From: Dehalococcoidia bacterium | Lineage (GTDB): Bacteria > Chloroflexota > Dehalococcoidia > UBA2979 | Length of the DNA: 64,000 nt | Assembly (NCBI GenBank): GCA_963667465.2 | Contig: CAXXDN010000002.1 | Coordinates: 1,472,001 to 1,536,000, forward strand | Direction: 5' to 3' | Part shown: piece after piece, positions 1-8,495 of the stretch | Numbering within the stretch: the first letter of the stretch is position 1 | Layout of the letters: each line of letters begins with the position of its first letter | Made by a program: the position numbers and the translations under genes | The notes under the pieces: generated by a model | The model's database searches: none | Seen by the model: only the letters and a program-made list of their open reading frames with translations | Told to the model about the DNA's origin: nothing

Positions 1-221
1 GCCAGGCGGATCTGCCCGGTCTCGCGCGCGAGCGCGGTCAGCGTGAGGAAGGGCGTCGGGTTGTAGCCGATCGCCACCGAGTGGTGCTCCGGCACGACGA
101 TAAAGTCGTAGCCGAGGCGGTCGGCGGCGCGGGCGTACTCGATCCACTCCTCGTAGACGTCGGACCAGCTCTGCGCGGCGTCCGGGGCGCGCTTGAACTT
201 GACGCCGATGCCGATCTCCAT
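1..221 (-). CDS. LLM-class flavin-dependent oxidoreductase, N-terminal part (runs off window start)
   Basis: Not in ORF track. Manual translation from ATG at 221: MEIGIGVKFKRAPDAAQSWSDVYEEWIEYARAADRLGYDFIVVPEHH...PFLTLTALARETGQIRL, with the luciferase-like 'ADRLGYD...EHH' motif; GGGAGG RBS upstream. Confidence 0.85.
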   Translation of the reverse strand, partial: MEIGIGVKFKRAPDAAQSWSDVYEEWIEYARAADRLGYDFIVVPEHHSVAIGYNPTPFLTLTALARETGQIRL

Positions 222-237
222 GCGCCTCCCCCTGCTG

Positions 238-1875
238 TTAGCTCGTTTCGATGGCCCTCGTGACGGCGCGGCTGAGACCCCACGGCGGCGCGATCATGAA
301 CTGCGCGCCGATGCCGCCCGCGACGACGATGTGGAACTCCTCGGGCGTACGCGCCACCGGCACACGATCGGTGTGCTCGAACCAGGTGGGCGAGGAGAGC
401 GTGTAGCGCTTCGCCGGCAGCTCCGAGCGGTCGATGCGCGCGTGCTCGAAGAGGAACTGGCGCACATCGTCCTTCGTCCAGCCCTCGTCGGCGAGGTTCG
501 CCGCGTCCACCGGGTTCATGATCACGAGGTGGTCGCCGGGGTAGCGGAAGGTGTTGGTCCCGAGCGTCGCCGCGACCGAGGCGGTCGCCGTCAGCAGCTG
601 CTCCGGCTTCGTGCCGATCATGCTCAGCACGTTGTGCGGCGGCTCGCACTTGAGCACGGTGACCGTGCTCGTCGAGGCGTCCGCGTGCTCCTCGTGCAGC
701 GGCCGCCAGGGGTGGCCCGCGAGGCGCTCGGCGAAGCAGTAGGAGTACTGCGCGGCCGAGGCGTGCGTGGCGAGGCTGGAGCGGCCGGGGATCGAGCGCG
801 CCACGTTGATCAGCGTGAGATTGACGGCGCGCCCGATCGTCGCGTTGGCGCGGAAGCCGGGGCCGAGGCAGCCCTGCCCCGAGGCGATGCCCAGCTCCTC
901 GGCGATCGGTCCGCTGACGACGATCGCGACACCGCCGGGGTGCGTGGTGATCGCGGTGTGGAAGAAGCGGTACTCCGGGGCGGCCATCGCCCGCACCGCC
1001 GCCAGCACCACGGGGAAGTAGGCCGGGCGACAGCCGGCGAGCACCGCGTTGATCGCAAGATTGCGCACCGTGATCGACGACCCGCTCGGCATCGGCGGGC
1101 CGATCAGCGTCTCCTCGGGCGGCAGCGGCGAGGCGGCGAGCAGCGCCGCGATCCGCTCCCCGGTGGGCGCGACAACGGGGAAGCCGTCGCCGAGCTGGAG
1201 CGGCTCGAAGCGCTCGTAGAGCGCGGCGCTGGCGTCCGCTTCGTCGACCTCGAACTCCGCCAGCCCGGCGGCGGGGTCGCCGACGGCCGGGTTGTCCGCC
1301 GCGGCGGCGGCGAGACGCTCGGGCGGCGTCGTCAGCGCCGCCACGACGGCGGCCGCGCGCTCGGCGCGAGAGGCCGCGACGGCCGCGTCGTCCATGCCGC
1401 GCAGCCACGGCACCTCGATGACCGGGAGCCCGGGCACGTCGTGCGCCGCCATCGTCGCGGCGAGCGGGCCGCCCAGCCCGGTGGCGAGCAACACGCAGGG
1501 CAGCCCCTCGCGTTCGAGGGCGAGCGACAGCACCGTCGAGGACGCCGTCACCCCGGCGTGGCAGACCGCGATCACCAGCCCGGCGTAGCCGCCAGCGAGG
1601 ATTTCCGCCCGCAGTCGGGCGAGCTCGTCCTCCTGGAACTGGATCAGGTCCTCATCGCGGCAATCGATCACCACGCCGGGCACGGCCGCCTCGAGGTCCT
1701 CGGCGAGCCACTCGACCAGCGGCCCGTAGCGGGGCAGCGAGGGCTGCACCTGCCCGTTGTCGATCAGCAGCAGCCGCGCGCCCTCGAGCGAGGCGGGCCG
1801 CGCCGCGGGCAGCGCGTGCGCGCGCGAGGGCGCGCCGGTGGGCGCGGGCAGCACGATGCGGCTCGACTCGCTCAC
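238..1875 (-). CDS. UGSC-like N-terminal domain fused to 'DG(F/L)PxxxPT' domain protein (putative thiol/redox protein)
   Basis: C-terminal part of the 980-aa ORF; GTG at 1875 after GAGGGGAG RBS; motifs ARPASLEGARLLLIDNG, LEREGLPCV, GDGFPVVAPT, AINAVLAGCRP, GFRANATIGRA. Confidence 0.7.
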   Translation of the reverse strand: MSESSRIVLPAPTGAPSRAHALPAARPASLEGARLLLIDNGQVQPSLPRYGPLVEWLAEDLEAAVPGVVIDCRDEDLIQFQEDELARLRAEILAGGYAGLVIAVCHAGVTASSTVLSLALEREGLPCVLLATGLGGPLAATMAAHDVPGLPVIEVPWLRGMDDAAVAASRAERAAAVVAALTTPPERLAAAAADNPAVGDPAAGLAEFEVDEADASAALYERFEPLQLGDGFPVVAPTGERIAALLAASPLPPEETLIGPPMPSGSSITVRNLAINAVLAGCRPAYFPVVLAAVRAMAAPEYRFFHTAITTHPGGVAIVVSGPIAEELGIASGQGCLGPGFRANATIGRAVNLTLINVARSIPGRSSLATHASAAQYSYCFAERLAGHPWRPLHEEHADASTSTVTVLKCEPPHNVLSMIGTKPEQLLTATASVAATLGTNTFRYPGDHLVIMNPVDAANLADEGWTKDDVRQFLFEHARIDRSELPAKRYTLSSPTWFEHTDRVPVARTPEEFHIVVAGGIGAQFMIAPPWGLSRAVTRAIETS

Positions 1876-2022
1876 GGCTGCTCCCCTCGCCATCCGCCGC
1901 TCGTCGCCCGCGAGGATAGCGCCTCGCGCCCCGCCGGGCGCGGGTGGCGCGCCGCGTTGACGGCGCGGCGGCGAGCGCCGTAGCGTGCTGACGCCGCCGC
2001 ATGGCGCTACGAGGAGGTTGCG

Positions 2023-2952
2023 ATGTCGCCTGTGCATGCGCCATCGGTGCTGCTGGACGGGCTGCTCTTCCCCGAGGGCCCGCGCTGGCACGACGGCAGG
2101 CTCTGGTTCTCCGAGATGCACGAGCACCGCGTGATGACACTCACTCCCGAGGGCGAACCGGACGTCGTCGCGGAGTGCTTCTTCCGCCCCTCCGGCCTCG
2201 GCTTCCTCGACGACGGCAGCGCGATCGTCGTCAACATGACGGAGAAGCGCCTGATGCGCATCGCCGACGGCGCGCTCAGCGAGTACGCCGACCTGAGCGG
2301 GCTCGTCTCCGAGCACCCTAACGACATGGTCGTCGACGCCTCCGGACGCGCCTACGTGAGCAGCCTCGGCCGCCGGGGGCCGCCGGACACGCCGCGGCCG
2401 GACCACCTGCGGCCCTTCGCCCCGCACATCCTCGCCTACTTCCAGGAGGCCGGCGTTGCCAACACGCCGGAGACGTCCGAGATCATCCGCGTCGACCCCG
2501 ACGGCTCCACGCAGCTCGCGGCGGACGGGGTGATGTCGCCGAACGGGATGGTGATCACGCCCGACGGCGGCACGCTGATCTTCGCCGAGACCTATGCCAA
2601 CCGGCTCTCCGCCTTCGACATCGACGCCGCCGGCGGGCTCTCCAACAAGCGAGTCTGGGCCGAGGTCGGCAGCGCAATGCCGGACGGCATCTGCCTCGAC
2701 GCCGAGATCGCGGTCTGGGTCGCCTCGCCCTACACGAACGAGTTCGTGCGCGTCCGCGAGGGCGGCGAGATCGCCGACCGCATCCCGCTGCAGGCGGGCA
2801 AGCTCGGCGTCGCCTGCATGCTCGGCGGCGAGGACCGCCAGACGCTGTTCCTGCTCACCTCGGTGCGCCCGACGCGCAAGATCGTGCCGGGCCGCACGCG
2901 CGGCTTCATCGAAACGGTGCGCGTCGACGTGCCGGGCGCGGGCCGACCCTAG
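2023..2952 (+). CDS. SMP-30/gluconolactonase/LRE family beta-propeller protein
   Basis: FPEGPRWHDGRLWFS, PNDMVVD, PNGMVITPDG, PDGICLD motifs; GAGGAGG RBS. Confidence 0.92.
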   Translation: MSPVHAPSVLLDGLLFPEGPRWHDGRLWFSEMHEHRVMTLTPEGEPDVVAECFFRPSGLGFLDDGSAIVVNMTEKRLMRIADGALSEYADLSGLVSEHPNDMVVDASGRAYVSSLGRRGPPDTPRPDHLRPFAPHILAYFQEAGVANTPETSEIIRVDPDGSTQLAADGVMSPNGMVITPDGGTLIFAETYANRLSAFDIDAAGGLSNKRVWAEVGSAMPDGICLDAEIAVWVASPYTNEFVRVREGGEIADRIPLQAGKLGVACMLGGEDRQTLFLLTSVRPTRKIVPGRTRGFIETVRVDVPGAGRP

Positions 2953-2959
2953 GCGCCGC

Positions 2960-3397
2960 GTGGTGGGCAACGCGCAGATCGATCCGCGGCTGATCGAGCT
3001 GATCGGCAAGGTTCCCTTCTGGGAGACGATCGGCATCGAGCTCGATGATGCGGAGGTCGGCCGGGTACGGCTGCGCCTCGCGATGCGCGAGGACCTGCGC
3101 ACCTTCGGCGAGCGGCGTGTGCTGCACGGCGGCGCGATCGCGACGCTGATCGACTCCGCCGCCGCCTCGGCGACCCGCACGTTGCGAGGCGCGGACGAGC
3201 CGCCCTGGCGCGGCCTCGCAACGACCGATATGCACGTCAGCTACCTCGCGGCGGTGACCGGCGGCGAGGTCACCGCCGAGGGCCGCGTAACGCGAGCCGG
3301 AGGGCGGGTCGCCTTCATCGACGTCGAGGTGCGCAACGAAGCCGGCGACCTCGTCGCCCGGGGGCTGGTCACGCTCCAGATCCGCCGCGCGGACTGA
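2960..3397 (+). CDS. PaaI family thioesterase (hot-dog fold)
   Basis: LHGGAIATLIDSA motif; C-terminal part of ORF 2594..3397; GTG start inferred. Confidence 0.88.
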   Translation: MVGNAQIDPRLIELIGKVPFWETIGIELDDAEVGRVRLRLAMREDLRTFGERRVLHGGAIATLIDSAAASATRTLRGADEPPWRGLATTDMHVSYLAAVTGGEVTAEGRVTRAGGRVAFIDVEVRNEAGDLVARGLVTLQIRRAD

Positions 3398-3418
3398 GCA
3401 GCGGAGGAGGACAGAAGC

Positions 3419-4717
3419 ATGGCCGAGCAGCGACCGGGCTCGATGGAGATGATCGCGACGACGGCGCAGGACACCCAGGCCGTGCAGATCACCCCGTTCA
3501 TCTACATGTCCCACGGGACCAGCAACAGCTACCTCGTCACCACCGCGGACGGCGACGTGCTGATCAACGCCGGGATGGACTTCGAGGCCCCCGTGCACCA
3601 TCGCAAGTTCGACAGGGTCAGCGACGGGCCGCTCCGCTACATCCTGCTCACGCAGGGCCATGTCGACCACGTCGGCGGGGTGCCTGAGTACCGCCGCGAG
3701 GGCGTGCAGGTGATCGCGCAGCGCAACCTGCGGCGCTGTCAGGAGGACGACCGGCGCATCCCCGGCTATCGCCTCTGGCGCAACAAGGTCTATTTCGGAC
3801 GCGGTGTGCGCGTCACCGCGCCCGAGCCCGTCGTGCCGGACATCGCCTTCGACCAGGACTACGCGTTCGAGCTCGGCGGGCTGCGCTTCGAGCTGCACTC
3901 CGCGCCGGGCGGCGAGACGATCGACAACGCCTGCGTGCACCTGCCGCAACACGACATCCTCTTCAGCGGCAACATCCTCGGCCCGCTCTTCCCCACCTTC
4001 CCGAACCTCTACACGATCCGAGGCGACAAGTACCGCTTCGCCCACGCCTACATCGAGACCGTCGAGCTGCTGCGCGACCTGCAGCCGGAGCTGCTGATCA
4101 CCGGCCACTTCGACCCGATCACCGGTCGCGATCACATCGCGCGCGAGCTGACGAAGCTGCGCGACGCCGTCGCCTACGTGCTCGAGGGGACGCTGCGCGG
4201 CATGAACGCCGGCAAGACCCCGTTCGAGCTGATGCGCGAGATCCGGCTGCCCCCGGAGCTCGAGGTCGACGAGCGCTACGGCAAGGTCGCCTGGGGCGTG
4301 CGCGCGATCGTCGAGTCCTACGGCGGCTGGTTCCACTACGAATCGACCTCGGAACTGCTCTCCGACACGCCATCCGCGATCAACACCGAGATAGCCGCGC
4401 TCGCGGGGCCGGAGGCGCTGACGCGGCGGGCACGCGCGCTGCTCGACGGCGGCGACGCGGGCGGCGCGATCCGCCTGGCCGAGATGGCGCTGGCCGGCGA
4501 TCGGCGTCTGCGTGACGCCCTCGAGGTCTATCGGGACGCCCACCGGGAGCTGCTCGAGGGCGCGGGCACGAACATGTGGGACGTGCGCTGGCTGCGCCGC
4601 CAGGTGCGCGGCGCCGAGCGCCTGCTCGCCGCCGAGCCGAACTCCGAGGACTGGGCGCGCACCGAGGGGGAACCGCGCGTCGCCCGCTGGATGATGGACC
4701 CCCCCGAGGCGCCCTGA
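3419..4717 (+). CDS. MBL-fold hydrolase, alkyl-sulfatase (SdsA1-like) family
   Basis: TQGHVDH, GGETID, FPNLYTIRGD, GHF, YGKVAWGVRAI motifs; GGAGGAGG RBS. Confidence 0.85.
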   Translation: MAEQRPGSMEMIATTAQDTQAVQITPFIYMSHGTSNSYLVTTADGDVLINAGMDFEAPVHHRKFDRVSDGPLRYILLTQGHVDHVGGVPEYRREGVQVIAQRNLRRCQEDDRRIPGYRLWRNKVYFGRGVRVTAPEPVVPDIAFDQDYAFELGGLRFELHSAPGGETIDNACVHLPQHDILFSGNILGPLFPTFPNLYTIRGDKYRFAHAYIETVELLRDLQPELLITGHFDPITGRDHIARELTKLRDAVAYVLEGTLRGMNAGKTPFELMREIRLPPELEVDERYGKVAWGVRAIVESYGGWFHYESTSELLSDTPSAINTEIAALAGPEALTRRARALLDGGDAGGAIRLAEMALAGDRRLRDALEVYRDAHRELLEGAGTNMWDVRWLRRQVRGAERLLAAEPNSEDWARTEGEPRVARWMMDPPEAP

Positions 4718-4733
4718 CTCCGCCGCCGCCGGT

Positions 4734-4768
4734 CCCCTCTCCCCGAGGGAGAGGGCGGAGGGTGAGGG
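4734..4768 (+). repeat. Repeat family B (CCCTCTCCC-loop-GGGAGAGGG hairpin + GGGTGAGGG tail)
   Basis: CCCCTCTCCCCGAGGGAGAGGGCGGAGGGTGAGGG; matching copies at 5031, 5158, 27006, 59879-60019. Confidence 0.85.
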
Positions 4769-4837
4769 CCCGGCGCGCAGCGCCGCTCCGTGCCACGAGG
4801 GCGGATGTGGCCACGAAGCCGCCCGCGCGTCTTTCGC

Positions 4838-4952
4838 GGGGGGCTGCGCCCCCCACACCCCCATCCCGGACGAGCACGCGCTGCGCGCGGCTCTGGCCCA
4901 CCCACCCACCCTCGGATTTTTCTTGATGTGGGGGCTGCGCCCCCACGCCCCC
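4838..4952 (+). repeat. Repeat family A, full copy (hairpin - hairpin - C3 x4 core - hairpin)
   Basis: Nearly identical to 30569-30682. Confidence 0.9.
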
Positions 4953-5030
4953 TTGGCCGTCGCCTGCGGCGCCACCCTCAAGGGGGCATCCGACTCCCGA
5001 AGGCGCACCCAACTCCCGAGGGCGGTCCGG

Positions 5031-5069
5031 CCCCCTCTCCCCTCGCGGGAGAGGGCGGGGGTGAGGGGG
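5031..5069 (+). repeat. Repeat family B copy
   Basis: CCCCCTCTCCCCTCGCGGGAGAGGGCGGGGGTGAGGGGG, nearly identical to 59981-60019. Confidence 0.85.
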
Positions 5070-5157
5070 CGCCGCGCGCCAGCGCGGCCAGCGAGGGCAG
5101 GCGGCGGGCGAGGCGCGACGACAGGCTCGGCGGCGCACGCTCCGGCTGCGCCGGAGT

Positions 5158-5195
5158 CCCCCTCACCCTAACCCTCTCCCGCCGGGGGAGAGGGG
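5158..5195 (-). repeat. Repeat family B copy (inverted)
   Basis: CCCCCTCACCCTAACCCTCTCCCGCCGGGGGAGAGGGG; reverse complement matches 27006-27043 with 3 mismatches. Confidence 0.85.
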
Positions 5196-5212
5196 ATCAG
5201 AGGGAGGGCGCG

Positions 5213-6310
5213 CTACTCAGGACCGAGCTGCATCGCCTCGATGGCGTCGTAGGCTTCCTCGACCAGGTCGAGGACGACCTGGCGGACGGGCTTGATCTCG
5301 CGGATGAAGCCGACGCCCTGGCCGGCAGCGACGCCCTGCCAGTCGCGCAGCTCGTGCTCGTCGATCGCCTGGCGCAGGTTGTTGTTGAGCAGACCCTGCA
5401 GCGGCATCGGCAAGTGCTGCGGGGCGTCCGCCGCTTCCCAGGACTCGAGGTAGCGGTTGCGCACGCCTCGAGAGCGCTTGCCGTCGCCGGCCGTCGAGAC
5501 CCAGGCGTCCGACGCCTTCGCGTCGAGCAGCTTCTGCTTCGCCCACATCTCCGTCGCCGACTCGTGCGTCGCCTGCCACATCGTGCCCGTCCAGACGCCG
5601 ACGGCGCCGAGCGTGAGCGCGGCGACGATGTGGCGGCCGGTGGTGATGCCGCCCGCGGCGAGGATCGGCGTGTCGAACTCCCTCGCCAGCTCTACGACCT
5701 CGGGAACGATCGAGAAGGTGCCGATGCGGCCGGTGTGGCCGGCCGAGTCCTGGCCCTGCGCGATCAGCAGATCGAGCCCGGCCTCCAGCTCACGCCGCGC
5801 CTGCCGGGCGAGGCCGATCAGACCCCAGACCTTCACGCCCGCGTCGTGCATCTCGTCGAGGATGAAGGCCGGGCTGCCGAGGCCGGAGGCGAAGATCGGG
5901 ATCCGCTCCTCCATCATGATTTCGAGCTTCGTGCGCGTATCGCGCAGGCCGCGCAAGCGCACGTCCTCGGGCGGCGGTCCCTTCGGGTCGGGAATGTCGT
6001 TGTCGCGCATTAACTGCTCGACCCAGTCGCGGTGACCCTGCGGGATCTGGGCCTCCAGCTCCTCCTGGTTGCCACGCACGTAGGACGAGGGGATCGTGAT
6101 GTCGACGCCGTAGGGGCGGTCGCCGACGCGCTCCTTGATCCACCTGATGTCGGCCCGCATCTCCTCGATCGTGTGCGTGCTCGCGCCGAGGACCCCGATG
6201 CCGCCGGCGTTGGAGGCGGCGGCGGTCACGTCGCGGGTGTGTGCGAAGGCGACGATCGGGTATTCGGCGCCGTACTCCTCGCAGAGCCGGGTCCGCAGTG
6301 GGTCGCTCAT
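5213..6310 (-). CDS. Nitronate monooxygenase / FMN-dependent enoyl-reductase family
   Basis: MSDPLRTRLCEEYGAEYPIVAF, NAGGIGVLG, AQGQDSAGHTG, AAGGITTG, GAVGVWTGT. Confidence 0.9.
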   Translation of the reverse strand: MSDPLRTRLCEEYGAEYPIVAFAHTRDVTAAASNAGGIGVLGASTHTIEEMRADIRWIKERVGDRPYGVDITIPSSYVRGNQEELEAQIPQGHRDWVEQLMRDNDIPDPKGPPPEDVRLRGLRDTRTKLEIMMEERIPIFASGLGSPAFILDEMHDAGVKVWGLIGLARQARRELEAGLDLLIAQGQDSAGHTGRIGTFSIVPEVVELAREFDTPILAAGGITTGRHIVAALTLGAVGVWTGTMWQATHESATEMWAKQKLLDAKASDAWVSTAGDGKRSRGVRNRYLESWEAADAPQHLPMPLQGLLNNNLRQAIDEHELRDWQGVAAGQGVGFIREIKPVRQVVLDLVEEAYDAIEAMQLGPE

Positions 6311-6339
6311 CGCCTCGGTCCTTTCGCTGCGGGTCGCCG

Positions 6340-8004
6340 CTAGCGCGGGGCGAGCCAGCGGAACTCCTGCGGCTTGCGCTTCGCCTGCGGGTCGATCGGG
6401 ACGTGGATCAGCGAGGGGCCGTCGAGCGTCAGCGCCTCCTCCAGCGCCGCCTCGATCTGCTCCGGCGTCTCGCAGTGGTAGCCGACGCCGCCAAGGCCTT
6501 CCATCACCTTGTCGTAGCGCGTGCCGGGGTTGAGGCCGCCCGGGGGCAGGGTCTCGCGCTCGAAGTGCTCGAGCGGCGTCCCGCCGATGCCGTTGTTGTT
6601 GACCACCACCCAGGTGATCGGCAGCCCGTGGCGCACGGCCACCTCGCACTCCATGCCGGCGAAGCCGAACGCCGAGTCGCCCTGCACGCAGATCACGCGC
6701 TGGTTCGGGTTCTCGACCTGGGCGGCGACCGCGAAGCCGTGACCGAGGCCCATTGAGCCGAAGCTGCCCGCGTCGAGGCGCTGGCGCGCCGCGAAGTTAT
6801 CGAGCAGCGTGCGGCCGATCGCCATCGTGCCCTCGCCCTCGGTGACGTAGACGGCGTCGCGAGGAGCCAGCCGGCGCACGATGTCGAGCGTGGTGTAGTA
6901 GCCGAACGGCTCGCCGTCGCGGCCCGCGCCGATCATGCCTTCGACCAGCTCCTGGTTCTTGCGCGCCTCGGAACGCACGGTCTGCAGCCACTCGGAGTCC
7001 TGCGGGAACTGCCACGGCTCCTCGTCGAGCGCGTCGAGCAGCTGGCCGAGCGTCACCTTCGCGTCGCCGACGAGGCCGACCTCGGTCGGCACGTTGACGC
7101 CGATCTCCTCGGGGTTGGAGTCGAGCTGGACGACGCGCACGTCGTCGCGCCAGCGCGGCGGCTGGCCGAAGTGCAGCATCCAGTTGAGGCGGGCGGCGGC
7201 GAGGAATACGAGGTCCGTGTTCTTCAGCACGAAGCTGCGCGCCGCCGCGATCGACTGCGGGTGGTCGTCGGGCAGGATCCCGCGCGCCATGGGCATCGCG
7301 AGGTAGGGGATGCCGGTCTGCTCGACGAAGCGGCGCATCTCCGCCTCGGCGCGGCCGAAGGAGACGCCCTTGCCGATCACGATCAGCGGCTGCTCGGCGG
7401 TCTTGAGGGCGGCGAGGGCATCCGCGACGGCCGAGTCGTCGGCGCGCAGGCGCGGCGGGTCCGGCACGCGCGGCGCCCACTCGACGTCTTCCTCGTCGAC
7501 CTCGTCGAAGATGATGTTGCCCGGCAGGTCGAGGTAGGACGGGCCGGGGGTGCCGTTGATCGCCTTGCGCACGGCCTCGGCGACGTAGAGCGGGAGGCGC
7601 TCGGTGCTCTCGGCGCGGCGCGCGTACTTGGCGTAGGGGGCCATCGCGGCGACCTGCTCGGCCTCCTGGAAGTCGCCCATGTCGGCGCGGGTCGCGTCGG
7701 AGGCGCCACCGAGCATCAGCAGCGGCCAGCGGTTGGACCAGGCGTTGGCGAAAGCGCCGACGGCGTTGAGCGCGCCCGGTCCGGAGACGACGAGGCTGAC
7801 GCCGATGCGGCCGTTGAGGTAGCCGGTCGCCTGCCCGGCGTACGTCGCGGGCATCTCGTGGCGCATGCCGTAGTAGCGGATGCCCTCGCGCTGGGCGGCG
7901 GCAGCGATGCCGCTGACGGGGATGCCGACCACCCCGTAGATGGTCTCGACGCCCTGCGTCTTGAGTGCGCGCGCGATGATGGTCTCGCCGTTGATCTTCG
8001 CCAT
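6340..8004 (-). CDS. TPP-dependent oxalyl-CoA decarboxylase / 2-hydroxyacyl-CoA lyase family
   Basis: MAKINGETIIARALK, YGVVGIPV, MRHE, LVVSGPG, GDFQE, RLDAGSFGSMGLG, GDSAFGF...VNNNG TPP motif. Confidence 0.9.
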   Translation of the reverse strand: MAKINGETIIARALKTQGVETIYGVVGIPVSGIAAAAQREGIRYYGMRHEMPATYAGQATGYLNGRIGVSLVVSGPGALNAVGAFANAWSNRWPLLMLGGASDATRADMGDFQEAEQVAAMAPYAKYARRAESTERLPLYVAEAVRKAINGTPGPSYLDLPGNIIFDEVDEEDVEWAPRVPDPPRLRADDSAVADALAALKTAEQPLIVIGKGVSFGRAEAEMRRFVEQTGIPYLAMPMARGILPDDHPQSIAAARSFVLKNTDLVFLAAARLNWMLHFGQPPRWRDDVRVVQLDSNPEEIGVNVPTEVGLVGDAKVTLGQLLDALDEEPWQFPQDSEWLQTVRSEARKNQELVEGMIGAGRDGEPFGYYTTLDIVRRLAPRDAVYVTEGEGTMAIGRTLLDNFAARQRLDAGSFGSMGLGHGFAVAAQVENPNQRVICVQGDSAFGFAGMECEVAVRHGLPITWVVVNNNGIGGTPLEHFERETLPPGGLNPGTRYDKVMEGLGGVGYHCETPEQIEAALEEALTLDGPSLIHVPIDPQAKRKPQEFRWLAPR

Positions 8005-8168
8005 CGGAGCCCCGCCTTCCGTGCGGCTGTGACGTGTGCGTGCGCGATGGTACGTGATCGCACCGTTGACCGCGCAGGTGGGGCGGGAACGAGGGTCGGC
8101 ATTCGCGCCAGCGCTGGCATTCGGCTGGACAATCACTCAAACGCGCTCAGCCGTGAGGCTCATGACTG

Positions 8169-8402
8169 ATGCACACAGACGAGGAGACGCGCGAGTCCGC
8201 CCAGTGGGAGGTCTCGGCGGCCCGGCAGGAGATAAGCGTCTCGCAGCGCGTGGCTGGCCTGCTCCGAGAGCAGCTGGCAAGGGGCGATCGCTACGAACGG
8301 GCCGGCTCCTCACAATTCGCACAGGAGCCTCGGGACCTGAGTTCCGGATCCTCGGTGCAGCCTGCCGCAACAGGCGGCCGACAAGACCGTTCACCTCGGT
8401 AA
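8169..8402 (+). pseudogene. Probable degraded ribbon-helix-helix (CopG/VapB-like) antitoxin remnant
   Basis: DEET...AARQEISVSQRVAGLLREQLARGDRYERA resembles, from memory, antitoxins found upstream of PIN toxins; N-terminal strand missing, no toxin follows. Confidence 0.4.
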
Positions 8403-8460
8403 CGTCGCGAACTCACGGCCAGCAACGGAGAATCGCTACCGCAACCACTCCCTGCTGCGC

Positions 8461-8486
8461 TACAATGCTGCTGCGAAGATTTGCAG
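8461..8486 (+). promoter_or_regulatory. -10 box (TACAAT) and candidate operator CTGCGAAG-ATTTGCAG overlapping the fur-like RBS
   Basis: TACAAT at 8461; imperfect inverted repeat 8471-8486 just before GGAGG and the GTG start. Confidence 0.45.
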
Positions 8487-8495
8487 GAGGCGACC

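Noticed and set aside
4790-5171. ORFs running through repeat clusters (also 20996-21394, 30489-31001, 59682-60149)
   Set aside because: Translations (GLRPHTP, PLSRRERG) just reflect the palindromic repeats; no coding signal
4718-5212. Repeat clusters as a CRISPR array
   Set aside because: No regular repeat-spacer periodicity, mixed orientations, no cas genes
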